Source of the DNA: Saprolegnia diclina VS20
Taxonomy: Eukaryota
Direction: 5' to 3'
Assembly (NCBI RefSeq): GCF_000281045.1
Contig: NW_008246092.1
Coordinates: forward strand, 387,637-417,477
DNA length: 29,841 nt
How positions within the stretch are numbered: the stretch's first letter is position 1; every line of letters starts with the position of its first letter. The position numbers and the translations under genes are program-made. Positions 10,246 to 22,005 of the stretch are shown here, in pieces. The notes beneath the pieces were generated by a model, which saw only the letters and a program-made list of their open reading frames with translations, was not told the origin of the DNA and made no database searches.

Positions 10246-11182
10246 ATGACGTCGAGTGTGTGGGAAGGCGCTGTCGCGGGCGCGGTCGCGGGCGGCGCGA
10301 CGCGTGTCCTCGCCGCGCCTCTGGATCTGCTCAAGATCCGCTTCCAAGTCCACGCTGCGCCGTCGACGCCACATGATCTCGGCACGCGCCTCGTCCGCGC
10401 CGTGACGCACATTTACGGCGAAGAGGGCGTCCGCACCTTCTGGCGCGGCAACGTTGCAGCTACGGGCCTCTGGGTCTCGTACGCTGCGATCCAATTTGCT
10501 TGCTACCAATCGCTTCAAAACGCAATCGTACGCCACGACCACACGCTGTCATGGGTCTGGTACAGCGGCAGCGGCGCGATCGCCGGCGTTGTTGCAACCG
10601 TGGCCACGTACCCGCTTGACCTATGTCGAACGGTTCTTGCCAGCCAAGGCGTCCCCAAAGTCTTTCCCAACATGCGGTCGTTTGCGAGGTACAGAGCACG
10701 AAGCATGCCAGCCTCGTCGTCATGGAAATGACCTGCCCCATAGCCACATGTACGCTACCCAGGGCCCGCGCGGCTTCTTCCAAGGCCTGAGCCCGACCGT
10801 GCTCCAGATTGCGCCCTACATGGGCCTCAGCTTTGGCATCTACTCGACACTCGCCGACCTCTCGACGACGCATCCGGTATTGCATGCGGTTGGAAACGGT
10901 GCGATTGCAGGGTTCGTCTCCAAGCTCATCGTGTACCCGCTCGACACGATCAAGAAGCGCATGCAGATGCAGGGCATTCCACGCCCAGCCGCGTACGGCG
11001 CAGCGATCCCGAGGTACGCCTCGTCTTGGCGTTGCGGCCTCGACATTTTGCGACGTGAAGGGATCGCGGGCCTGTACAAGGGCACGGTGCCTAGCTTGAT
11101 CAAGTCGGGCGTCACCCACAGCTGCACCTTTACAGTCTACGAGGCCACCGCGTCGGCCCTCCGGCGCCTCGAGGCCACATAG
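10246..11182 (+). CDS. TPC1: Mitochondrial carrier (SLC25), most similar to thiamine pyrophosphate carrier
   Basis: Intron 10689-10743. Three PxDxx[KR] signatures (PLDLLKIRFQ, PLDLCRT, PLDTIKKRMQ). FWRGNVAA....VSYAAIQF and QIAPYMGLSF are typical of TPC1/SLC25A19. Confidence 0.85.
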
Positions 11183-11233
11183 CCACGGCTAATTTGTGTA
11201 TACCAGGGTCGCTTCGTGTTGATGGGTCTAGTT

Positions 11234-11848
11234 CTATCCGGACGACGACGAGGTCGTCTTTGCGTGGAGGGTTTCGAGGTATGCAAATCGTTTTGCATCG
11301 GCCACGAGCCGTTCAATGGTCATCTGCTTGACCTCGGCGAGGAGGAAGCGGCGGACCTGTTCGGGATTCTCGGCGGCCTTGAGCAGCTGGGCCATCGACG
11401 TGCCGATCGAGCCCGTGCTCGAGACCGAGCTCGCACTGAGGCCCGATGAGACCATCGATGCAGACGTCGCGACGGTTGATGTAGCAGCTTTGGTCCCACG
11501 CTTGGCGCTGCCGTGCGATGGCACGTTGGTGCGATATTGTAGCTTGAGCTTCGTCGTCGGCGCCGACGGCGACCCGAGACCAAACTTGTTTGTCTTGCGT
11601 CCAATCTTCTTGACGACCTGCGCACTACTCGATGCGAGCGTGATCTTGAGCGGCGGGTCCTCCAAGTGCGTCGGCGGCGGCGGCGGCTGTTTCTTGGAGC
11701 TCGTCGTCGTCATCTCGGTCTGGCTCTTGCGCCGGAGGTGGAAGCCGCCATGGTTCTCGGCCAACTTGCGCTCCGTCGAGTCGTCCCACAGGATGTTCTC
11801 GTCTTCGTCTGCGTCGTCTTCCTCCGCCCACTGCGAGAGCTTGCTCAT
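11234..11848 (-). CDS. Hypothetical protein, 204 aa, mostly disordered with a helical C-terminus
   Basis: Intronless ATG-to-stop ORF with host codon bias; acidic N-terminus, Ser/Thr/Lys-rich middle. No family recognised. Confidence 0.7.
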   Translation of the reverse strand: MSKLSQWAEEDDADEDENILWDDSTERKLAENHGGFHLRRKSQTEMTTTSSKKQPPPPPTHLEDPPLKITLASSSAQVVKKIGRKTNKFGLGSPSAPTTKLKLQYRTNVPSHGSAKRGTKAATSTVATSASMVSSGLSASSVSSTGSIGTSMAQLLKAAENPEQVRRFLLAEVKQMTIERLVADAKRFAYLETLHAKTTSSSSG

Positions 11849-12277
11849 CGTCCCGGCGGCGGTTCACGATCTTTCGAACCGACCCAACGCCATGACCATC
11901 CGGATGATATTCGGACTCGCCGCCAGCCGTTGCAGTCGTCCAGCTGCTACGTCTGCCGGATGACGAGGCTGTCTGCCGGGTATACATGCACCCATGTCGT
12001 CCATGACAAGAAGAGTCTCGCCAGATCCAACGAGCACGCGCAGCGCGGTGATCTGACGACGTCGCTGGCGCCATGGCGGGGGCTGGTGACACACTGTACT
12101 CAGATGATGCCACAGCAGCGAAATGGCACTGATGCAAGTCACGGGATCGCAGCCGTGCGCGGCGACCAACTTCAAGCAGCCGACGATGGCGATCTATCAT
12201 CAGTGACTGGTCCGCCCTTCTTCGTTGATGCAGCAATGTCGTTGGTATATTAAATAATGAATCTCCGTGGCAGCTGG

Positions 12278-13885
12278 CTACGGCGGTGACACGATGCCAC
12301 GTCGGACGGACGGGCTCTGCCGCCGACGGTGGTGCGACGAAGGCGGCGGGACGCCGTCGCTGCTCGTCGGCGCACCGTCTTGGCTGCGTGGCGCGCGCTT
12401 GCGCTCCGTATGGTGCGGCGGGCGCGGGTCGATGCTCCGCGCTGTGAACCCTTGGTTGTACGTAAACTCGTCCGACTTGGAGACGCGGTCGCGGCGGTGG
12501 TACGCCGCAGGGCTCGAGTTGACGAGGTGCGACGCGACACTCCGCGGCATGCCACGCGACCGCCGCTCGACCTGCACGAGCGGCTTGGGACTGCCCCGCG
12601 CCTCCGCCAAGAAGACGGTCGGGTCCGAGTTACGGTGCGAGAGGCGCGGCCGGGCTTCGTCCAGCATGACGAGGAACGGGTCGTCTTCGTCGACGGAGCT
12701 CGCTTTGTGCAGCTGCGATCGCGGTGCGTCGACCGAGAGACGCGAGAGGAGCGCATTGTCGGAGGCTGCGGTCTTGAGGTGGGCCGCGCGCGTCGTCGAC
12801 GCCGACCGGCGCATCGAGTTGACGGCGGACGCCGACGCGGTCAATCGCGCGTCGGTCGTGCTCGCGTTGACCTTGGCCTTGGGCGCGCACTTGACGCACG
12901 ACCGCACGTCCTTGTGCTCCCGGACGTGGGCGTCTTTCGCGACGGCCACGGACGTGGTGAACGAGCACTTGGAGCAGACAGCGTTGCCGCAGAGACGGCA
13001 GTGGTGGCGGCGGCGGAAGAACCGGAACGACTTGAAACACACAAAGCAATATTCGTTGTACGACCAGAGCGACGCTGGCACGAGGCTCACGAGGTCCGAT
13101 GGATTCGCAAACGCATGTAAATGCGCGAGGAGCTGCTTGGTCCACTCGGGCACATATGGCTCGCGAAAGGAGAGGACGAGCGAGAGGCGACAGCGCGCAA
13201 CGTTGGGCGTGCGCTCGAGGACGAACCCGCTCTTGTACAGATGCAGGCGCCGGCAGCCCGTGTCGACTTCGCGGAAGGACGCGAGGTTCGGGAACGAGTC
13301 CCACGTGAGCGTGCCGACGTCCGGAAGCGCATGGCCGCTGTGCGCAGCGTAGTCGCCGTCGCGGATGCTGTAGAGATTGGTCTTGGAAGCAAAGACCATG
13401 TCGAACGGCTGGAGCTTGGGCTGCGACGGGTCTTCAAAGAGCGAGAGCCAATGCACGTGGACGCGGTCCGTCGGCGCGTGGCTCGACGGGCGGTCATTGG
13501 CCGACGACGGCGGCTCGGCGAGCGTCATGTTGATGCCGTGGCAGAAGAAGGGGCCGAAGAGGTCGTACATGAACTTTTTGAACTCGAGGCTGCTCTCGCT
13601 GCGCTTCTCGAGCTTGGCGAGGTTGTCGAGGAGGAGGCCGTCAATGGTCGTCGAGCCCTTCACGACGAGCGTGCCCTCGATGGGGCACACGCCTTCGTAG
13701 ACCTGGACGCGGCCGGCTTCGTGCGTCAAGACGAGCGGCGGCGGCGAGAGGAGCGCGCTGGCCTTGGCGTTGAGCGCGGCCGCGTACCGGCGCTGCTGGT
13801 CGATCGAGATCGCGTCCGAGCGCGCCATCTTGTGCAGGCGCTTGGCGTACTCGGACTGCGGGTTGGTCATGCCTTTGGGGCGCAT
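12278..13885 (-). CDS. FYVE zinc-finger protein with N-terminal START-like region (oomycete-expanded family)
   Basis: CFVCFKSF.FFRRRHHCRLCGNAVCSKCS...RSCVKC. Upstream region resembles the START-like domain (HWLSL, DMVF, RRLHLYKSGFV). Start could be 13900, 13885 or 13870. Confidence 0.85.
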   Translation of the reverse strand: MRPKGMTNPQSEYAKRLHKMARSDAISIDQQRRYAAALNAKASALLSPPPLVLTHEAGRVQVYEGVCPIEGTLVVKGSTTIDGLLLDNLAKLEKRSESSLEFKKFMYDLFGPFFCHGINMTLAEPPSSANDRPSSHAPTDRVHVHWLSLFEDPSQPKLQPFDMVFASKTNLYSIRDGDYAAHSGHALPDVGTLTWDSFPNLASFREVDTGCRRLHLYKSGFVLERTPNVARCRLSLVLSFREPYVPEWTKQLLAHLHAFANPSDLVSLVPASLWSYNEYCFVCFKSFRFFRRRHHCRLCGNAVCSKCSFTTSVAVAKDAHVREHKDVRSCVKCAPKAKVNASTTDARLTASASAVNSMRRSASTTRAAHLKTAASDNALLSRLSVDAPRSQLHKASSVDEDDPFLVMLDEARPRLSHRNSDPTVFLAEARGSPKPLVQVERRSRGMPRSVASHLVNSSPAAYHRRDRVSKSDEFTYNQGFTARSIDPRPPHHTERKRAPRSQDGAPTSSDGVPPPSSHHRRRQSPSVRRGIVSPP

Positions 13886-14907
13886 GCTGCTGTTGGGCAT
13901 CGCACGCAATTGCCGAATGCTACAACGCTGGCCATCTGTGCTTCGCACAAGCGCAGCATATGGTCCAAGGATTATCTAAAAAACAGGCCGTGACACCCGC
14001 CCGAACAACCCAGAAGAGAGAGCCGGGGACAGAGCGCCCGAGCCACTCGTACAGGCGGCTTGCTTGTCAGAGCACGGCGTCAACGGTCCCACCGCTGTGC
14101 ATGATTATTCACGGCAAGCCGATGCTGCCGACAGTCGTTGCCATGGCGTCATAGTAATCACCGAGCCTCATCTTCTTCTTCCAAGACGCTTCAAGCGACG
14201 CCAACGGAAGCCGGCCCGTCGTACCGGGTACACTGGGTACTGGTACAGAGACTGGTCCAAGGAATACAGTGCAGGAGATATGTACTAGTAGTCGATAAAG
14301 ACGCTGGCCGGAGTTCGAGTCCAGCAGTCCGCGGCCACATAATTATACATACCTACTCGGTTCCCAAGGATCTCACACGTCCGTCGACGAGGCCAGTGTG
14401 GATGCCGCTAGTGGCGCATGGTGGCAGATGCGTGCTGCTGCATTTCTACTGACTTGCCACCGTCATCATCACCATAACGTGAGTGTCTCTTCCCTCAGAA
14501 CTACAACGGCCTTCTCGCCGACTTGCTAGAGATACTGGACTTCACCGCACGTACCTCAGCGAGTGTTGCATTGATCGAGAGCTACTGCAGCACGATTGGT
14601 GACGCAGGAAATCGAACGGGTTCGTGCAGGTTTGTTCGTGCAATGATGGCTTAGTCGACGAGTAGACGGCAGTCGACTATAGTAGAACTAAGCGCTATGC
14701 CGGGAAATGTTTCGTCAAATTTAAACGCCGTGCGACAAACTCAAACTCAATGCGGTTGGATTCCATCGTCTTTTTTTAAATCGACGACTTGGACTTTGTA
14801 GGCCGCGGCAACTCAATTCGGTTCAGAAACACGACGAGTAGTTTCGGACCGCATTCAGTGCAACGCGTCCCACCACTACCGACGACGGCTGCGGGGTTCG
14901 CATTAGC

Positions 14908-17900
14908 ATGACCGAGGACCCGCTGCGCGTGCAAGTGAACGTGGAGCCGACGTCGCCGTACCAGATGATGATGTCGCCGCATCAGCCGCCGACCGACGAC
15001 GCCGAGGCCTTCCGCACAGTCCAGCTCAACGACGAGTCGGCGAACGCGGGCTATTGCAGCAACACGATCGTGACGTCGCGCTACACGCCGCTCAACTTTC
15101 TGCCCAAGATCCTTTGGTACGAGTTCAGCAAGCTCGCCAACTTTTACTTCCTCGTCATCTCGGTCATGCAATGCATCAAGCCCATCTCCAACACGGGCGG
15201 CTTTCCGGCCTCGCTGCCCGCGCTCATTGTAATTGTGACCATCGACATGGCCTTCGCCGCCATGGAAGACTACCGCCGCCACGTCGCCGACGACACGACG
15301 AACTTTGCGCCCGTGCAACGCTACAACCGCTCGAAGATGGCGTTCGAAGGCTGTACGTCGGAAGAGATTCGCGTCGGCAATATCATCAAGGTATCCGACT
15401 TCTATGACACCCTATATTCACGCGCTCGCAGGTGTGCAACCGCGAAGTGATTCCGGCGGACGTCGTGATTCTCGGCGCGTTTGAACCCGACCCGGCCCAC
15501 CCCGCCGGCATTTGCTACGTCGAAACCAAGAGCTTGGACGGCGAGACGAACCTCAAGCTCCGGCAGGGCCTCGAGTGCACGTACACCACGGTTCAGGACG
15601 ACTCGCACCTCGCCGACCTCGAGGGCCGCGTGGTAGGCAGCACGCATCAGCATGCTTCTCTCATCTTATCGGTGATGTCGTAGCTCTGCGAGCAGCCCAA
15701 CAACTCGATCCATCGCTTCAGCGGCACGCTCACGCTCCGCAACGGAGTGCAAGAGACCATTGGCGTCAACGCCATCTTGCTGCGCGGCTGCACGCTGCGC
15801 AACACCGAGTTCATTTACGGTCTCGTCGTCAACACGGGCCCGGACACCAAGATCATGATGGCGTCACAGGTCGTCTTGTACGCATAGCTTAGCATGTATC
15901 TTATCGTGCATCGAGTAGAACAAGAAGACAGTCAAGTGGAGCAACATGGAGCGGCGGCTCAACACGCAGATCCTCTACATTTGCGGGCTCATGGTGGTGC
16001 TCTGTCTCTTTGGCGCGATCGGCGCGACCGTCTGGAACCGCCGGTACCTCTCCAACAAGCCCAACGACAAGGCGTGGTACGGTCCTTGCCTCTCCAAGAA
16101 CGGTCCCAATTGACGGCGTAGGTACCTCTACTTTTCGTCGCGGGACGTCACGGTCGCCAACCCGGTGGCCAATTTTTTCCTGCTCTTTTTGTATTTTTTT
16201 CTGCTGCTCAACTCGTTCATTCCGGTCTCGCTCTACGTGAGTATGACAAGTGTCAAGTTTGTCCAAGCCTACTTTATGAACAACGACCTCAAGATGTACC
16301 ACGCCGAGTCGGACACGCCGTGCCAAGTGCGCACCATGTCGCTCAACGAAGAGCTCGGCCAAGTCGACTATGTCTTCTCCGACAAGACGGGCACGCTCAC
16401 GTGCAACATCATGGAGTTCCGCAAGTGCTCGATCCGCGGCGTTGCGTACGGGCTCGGCGATACCGAGGTCGGGCTCGCCGCCAAGCGCCGCCAAGGCAAG
16501 TGCGACGAAGCGGTGGCCGTCGACTTGAGCCAGCACCGCTCGGTCACCGCGCCGTTTGTCAACTTTCAGGATGACGCGCTCTTCGTCGCCGACCCGGTGA
16601 CGCTATCGCCGTTCTTTGAGCACCTTGCGGTCTGTCACACGGTCATGCCCGAGACGAGCGCGGACGGATCGCTTCGGCTGTCGGCGTCGTCGCCGGACGA
16701 ACAGGCGCTGGTGGCGGCAGCCGCCTGCTTTGGCTTCAAGTTCTTTGCGCGCGCACCCGGCGAGGCCGTCATTGAGAAGCTTGACTACCTCGGCGATGAC
16801 AAGGACGCGTCACGCGGCATCGTGTCGTACAAAGTGCTCGACGTGCTCGAATTCAACTCGACGCGGAAGCGCATGTCGGTCATCGCGCGCGGCCCGAACG
16901 GCAAGCTCGTGCTGCTCTGCAAAGGTGCCGACACGGTCATTTACGAACGCCTCTCGGTACGGCGTGTCTTGTCTACACAAAAATGGACACATTGTCCGAG
17001 TAGGACACGACCAACGCATCGACCGCCCTCGTTCGCAAGAAGACGTTGGAGCACATGGAGATGTTTGCGTCGGAAGGGCTCCGGACACTAGTGATTGCAT
17101 CGGCGCCGATCGACGAAGCATTTTACGCCGAGTGGTAGGCTGAGGACCGTATATACCTTATGTGCTCACACGCCGCGACGACTAGGTCGGTCAAGTACCG
17201 CGGCGCGTGCAACGACATGCGCGAGATTGAGCGGCGGCGGGAAGGCGAGCCGAACGCGATCGATCTGCTCATGGAAGAGATGGAGACGGACCTTGAGATT
17301 CTCGGCGCGACGGCCATCGAAGACAAGCTCCAAGAGGGGGTCCCGGACACGATCGCCAAGCTGCGCGAAGCCTCGATCAAGGTGTGGATGCTCACCGGCG
17401 ACAAGCAAGAAACCGCCATCAACATTGGCTTTGCGTGCCAGCTTCTGCACATGGAGATGGAGCTCGTCGTCATTGGCGCCGACGACCACCCGGACATTAC
17501 GTCGATCCGCTCCAAGCTCGAGGCGTTCAACCACGTCCCGGTCCTTGACGACGGCTCTGCCACGGACCTCGGGCTTGTCATGGACGGCGAGACACTCGAG
17601 TTGGCGCTTTTGCATTGCCCACTGCTGCTCTTGGCGGTCGCGCAGCAGTGCGCGGCAGTGATTGCGTGCCGCGTCTCGCCGGCGCAAAAAGCGCAGCTCG
17701 TGCAGCTCGTCAAGTCGAACGTCCCATCGGCCCGGACGCTCGCGATCGGCGACGGCGCCAACGACGTGAGCATGATCCTCTCGGCGCACATTGGCGTCGG
17801 CATCTCGGGGCAAGAAGGCATGCAAGCCGCCAACTCGAGCGACTATGCGATCGCGCAATTCCGGTTTCTGAAGCGCCTCCTGTTTGTCCACGGGCGCTGG

Positions 17901-19157
17901 AACTACAACCGCATGTCGATCGTCATCTTGTACATCTTCTACAAGAACGTCATGATGAACCTGACGCAGTACTGGTACATGTTCTTCACGGGCTACTCGG
18001 GCCAAAAGTTCTTCCTCGAGTGGGGCCTCCAAGGCTACAACCTCTTCTTCACGGCGCTGCCGATCGTCGTCGTGGGCGCGCTCGACCAAGACTTGCCCGA
18101 CTACATTTGCGAAGGCTTCCCGCGCCTCTACCGCATGGGCCAAAGCAACACCAAGTTCAACACGCTCATCGTGTGGCGCTGGATCCTCTCGTGCTTTTGG
18201 CAGTCGATGGTCATCTGCCTCTTTACGGTCTACGGCCTCCAGCTCGAGCACTCGACGACGCCCATGTGGGTCCTTGGCGCGGCTGCGTTTACCATTGTGA
18301 TTGTCGTCGTCACGCTCAAGCTCGCGCTGCACCAGTACCTCATTACGGGCTGGCACGTCCTTCTGTTTACAGTCTCGGCCGGGTTTTGGCCCGTCGTCGG
18401 CTTTATCGTGTCGACCGGGACGTTCTCCCTGTACTGGCGCGGCGCCTTCCACCTCGTTGTGTGCTCGCCTGGCTTTTGGCTGAGCTTTCCGCTCGTGCTC
18501 TTTGCAGCGCTCTCGCGCGACTTCTTTTGGAAGGGCTACCAGCGCGCATTTTCGCCCACGTATACGCATTTGGCGCAGGAGGTCCACTGCTTCAAGTGGC
18601 AGCAGGTCGCCAACCAACTGCTGGCGTACCCACCGCCACCGCAGTTTTGCCTGGCCGAGCTCAAGCGGCTGCAAGCAGCGTCGACGACCGAGAACGATGT
18701 CATTGAGCAAGAGCTCCGCGGCGAAAAGAACTTGGCCAATTCCGGGTCGCCAAGCTTCAAGTCGGCGTCAGCACGCCACCTGCGCGGGACTGCGTTCAGC
18801 TATGACGCCGACTCGGTCATGGCCCAAGGCTTCATGGCCACGGACACGTCGCTCTCGAAAGCCCGCATCTCGTTCGACCGGCACGCAAGCCGCGGCTCGA
18901 TGGCGCTTCAGATGGACCTCGCGGCCAGTAGCGTCGACTCGCCGTATGAAGCGCAGCGTCAAGAGCGCGGCCTGCCGCCCCGCGTCGTCCGGGCGCCGAC
19001 CGTCGGCAATGTGTTCCAGCACGCAAACACTCGCCGGGCGCGCACCCGCCGGGCATCGTCGATGGACGACGTGACGGAGCGCGAGACGCTGCAGATGGTC
19101 CGGCGCTTCAGCACCCGCACGAGTTTGCACGGTGCCCGTGGCGACTTTGCATTTTAG
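14908..19157 (+). CDS. P4-type ATPase (phospholipid flippase, DRS2/ATP8A/ALA-like)
   Basis: Introns 15391-15431, 15633-15683, 15870-15918, 16077-16121, 16957-17003, 17135-17185. Motifs [67 protein letters not shown]. Confidence 0.96.
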
Positions 19158-19239
19158 GGAAAAGCACAATATTGCATATAATATAATAGACCACTAGATA
19201 TTACAAGAAAACTCTAACTTCGTCTAGGCATGGAAGTGG

Positions 19240-19701
19240 TTACTTGTCGGCGTGGATGTCGAGCGAGAGTTGGTAGACCTTCATGGCCGTCCTTGCCCGC
19301 AGGAGCGAAACGACGCTGCCGATAAAGACAAAGAGGTACAGCGCGGCCGCGAGAAAGATGTTGGCGGCGAGCGACGCCTTTTCATGGCCATGCGGCGGCT
19401 TGACCTTGATGTAGATCGAGTTGGACGCGACCGTCGAGCCGAGAAAGAGGAGGAAGAAGAAGCCAAAGAGACTAAAGACCGAGCAAAAGATCGCGATCGG
19501 ATGCGGCGACGGGCCCTTTGACGACCCGACCGTGAGCATGTCCTCCCAGCCCTTAAGCTCGTCGACGTCCATGCCCGAGTCGCTGCCTGGCGACGTGTCG
19601 GCCGTGATGTGGCTCAGCTGCGCGTAGCCGAGGCGCGAGCGCGCGGTCGCGACCATGTCGGGCAGATCCATCTCCTTGCACGCTTCCTTGAGCTTCATCA
19701 T
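19240..19701 (-). CDS. RNASEK / V-ATPase subunit f-like two-TM protein with N-terminal extension
   Basis: C-terminal half CSVFSLFGFFFLLFLG.......I....AANIFLAAALY matches the RNASEK two-helix pattern as I recall it. Confidence 0.6.
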   Translation of the reverse strand: MMKLKEACKEMDLPDMVATARSRLGYAQLSHITADTSPGSDSGMDVDELKGWEDMLTVGSSKGPSPHPIAIFCSVFSLFGFFFLLFLGSTVASNSIYIKVKPPHGHEKASLAANIFLAAALYLFVFIGSVVSLLRARTAMKVYQLSLDIHADK

Positions 19702-19768
19702 GTCCGGGCGACTTCGACTCGGCTCACTGCGTGGGTCTCCTATGGCGCTTACGGTCCCTCGCACTGCC

Positions 19769-19783
19769 CAATGCGGAAATGTC
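19769..19783 (-). promoter_or_regulatory. Oomycete Inr/FPR-like core promoter
   Basis: Minus strand GACATTTCCGCATTG fits the oomycete CATTYBNNNWTT core-promoter pattern, about 70 nt upstream of the ATG at 19701. Confidence 0.45.
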
Positions 19784-20563
19784 GAAATTTGGTGCGATTC
19801 GAACGTACGTAATTAGTGTGAGGGAGACAGCATTCGAATTTGGATCGTTTGGCGGATGCGCTGACGACGAGATGACTATACTACTAAGCTTAGCGTGCGT
19901 CCATCAAAGAGAATAGCACCCGTGTCGGCTGTAGCCCAAGCAGAGATGGCAGCGTGAACATACACGGTAATAATAGCAAGCCAGCCTCCTTGCAGCACGA
20001 TACGATGGCAAGGAGAGTTCGTTCCAACGCACGATGGACTCGTACTACACTGTACATGCAGCACCAGCGATGCGCCTCTCGCACGCAGTGCTGTGGGGAC
20101 TGCGATCTTGCGGAAATGTACTATTGCGATCTTTGGAGGATGGCGAATCGACCGGCGAGATCCGATCTGGCGGTCGCGATCGATAAAATATCCACTACCC
20201 GAGGGCAGTCGAATTCGGCTTGGTCGTGTAAATGGAGCTAGCTTCTGCGGCCTCGTAGTCAAACGTCCTGCGCGTGGCCATCACATTGTCACACTATTTC
20301 CGTTCGAGTGCCACGCTCGGGTATTGCGCGCGACATACACTCTGCACCGCCGAGTAATTCTTTGGATAATACCTACACTCTACTTGAAAACTGTATGTAA
20401 CATTCTTTTGCGTGGATTTTATTTTCTGGTTCCCGCCGATTTGTAAATCGCAATCGACCTCGTGGTGCCGTCTCATTGGCGAAGCGTATGAGATACAAAT
20501 ATCAAGATACCACGAGAGCCAATGAAACACCGGCGTCACGGCCGACACGTGGAGCGACGAGCG

Positions 20564-21981
20564 ATGGCCCTTCCCGGCGCGGTCTGGGTCCGCGTCTATG
20601 CGTTCCTCGATGGAGACAGCCTCGTGTACGTGGGCCGCGCCTCCAAGCAGCACCGAGAGATGCTCCGGGCACAGGTATATCGCTGGAGGCAGATCCAATG
20701 CGGGCTAGGCCTCGGCAACTGGCTGCGGCGCGAGGCCTGCCTCGCCATCGACACCTGCGCCCAAGAAGCACAGAGCCACGCCATTCGCCGCAGCGACGAC
20801 GTCCGTGTGCCACCACGCGTCGAAACGAGCTGGGTCGAGCTCGGGCCCATTGAGCCAGAGCGATCACTCCACGGCATGAGTACGCCTTGCTATGCCGGTG
20901 CATCTATGGTCGTGTTGACGTTTGACTGCCGACGCGTCCAGCCTGCGCCGATGCTGTTGCACACGACAAGTCACGCGCGAGCGCTCTACTCGACTCTGTC
21001 CTTGTCTGTCAAAGGACGGTCGCTCCGGCAGCATCTGTACCACAAGACGATCGGCGACCTCACCACCGTATCGGTGGCGAACAAGCACGCGATGACAAAA
21101 ATGTGCGGCATCTCGCACGAACTTGATACTGACGGCGTCTGTACTGTAGGGGTGACGTCTATCAGTGCGACGTTGCATCGACCGACAAGTCGTGTCAGCT
21201 GCAGCTCGGCCTGCCGTCTCGGCTCGACGGCATGGTCGACTGCTTTCACATCGAGCGCGTCACCTTCTTCTTGCACAAGCACGAGCTCTTTCCCTCTGTA
21301 CCCCGCAGCATCGAGGCATCGTCGGACGTTGTGCGTGCCGAGGTGTGACTAAAAACCAAAGGCGTTCTATCAACGCCACGCGTAGCTCGCCTTCTACGAC
21401 ATCCGTCAGCGAGTATGCCAGCTGCAAGTGACGCTGCCGTGTCGCCTTGTACTCGAAACTCCTTCACCTTCATTGCCAGCCACCCGCAGCGTTTGTTTAC
21501 ATACGGAATGGTCATGTGCTTACTCGTATATCTGCTCGCAGGTGGGGACCGACACGGAGCCGTTTGAGATTCGAACCTTCTCCAGCCTGTCGCCCGCCAT
21601 CGTATCCGACATCGCTGCACTGGACGCGCCGGGCTTTGTGAGCTTCGTGCTTCGAACACCTTGTCGACAGACAAGCTACTACCATGCCGTCGTTGGGCAC
21701 GGTGGCGGCCAGCGCAAGACCGGCGCGACCAAGCTCGTCTCGGCTTTGTGGGTGCCGGGTGTCTTGACGTTCGCGATGCATCCGGGAAGCACGACCCGCC
21801 GCGTTTTGAAAGGGCGGTTGACATGCGAGTACTCGTCCGAGACAGGTCGACAGTCTGCTAGTCCAACCTTGGCTCATGTACGTACGTAGGCACGCTTCAA
21901 TCCCTCCAGATTGTTGCGCAGCACTTGCGCCCAGCGCGGCTCGAGCGGTATGCTGCGACGCTGACGTCGTATACGATATGA
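20564..21981 (+). CDS. F-box-like protein with uncharacterised C-terminal region
   Basis: N-terminus LPGAVWVRVYAFLDGDSLVYVGRASKQ fits an F-box. Introns 21146-21198, 21343-21385, probable 21491-21541, and 21846-21889 give a continuous frame to TGA at 21981. Confidence 0.65.
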
Positions 21982-22005
21982 TACAAAACGCATTAAGCCT
22001 AGTCA

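Noticed and set aside
8524..10542. 672-aa minus-strand ORF (and similar long antisense ORFs such as 17166-18710, 2434-3525, 2898-4301, 4480-5502)
   Set aside because: Shadows of GC3-biased genes on the opposite strand; Arg/Val/Gly-rich with no motifs.
14250..14340. Intact tRNA gene around GTTCGAGTCC
   Set aside because: T-stem, anticodon stem and acceptor stem do not pair.
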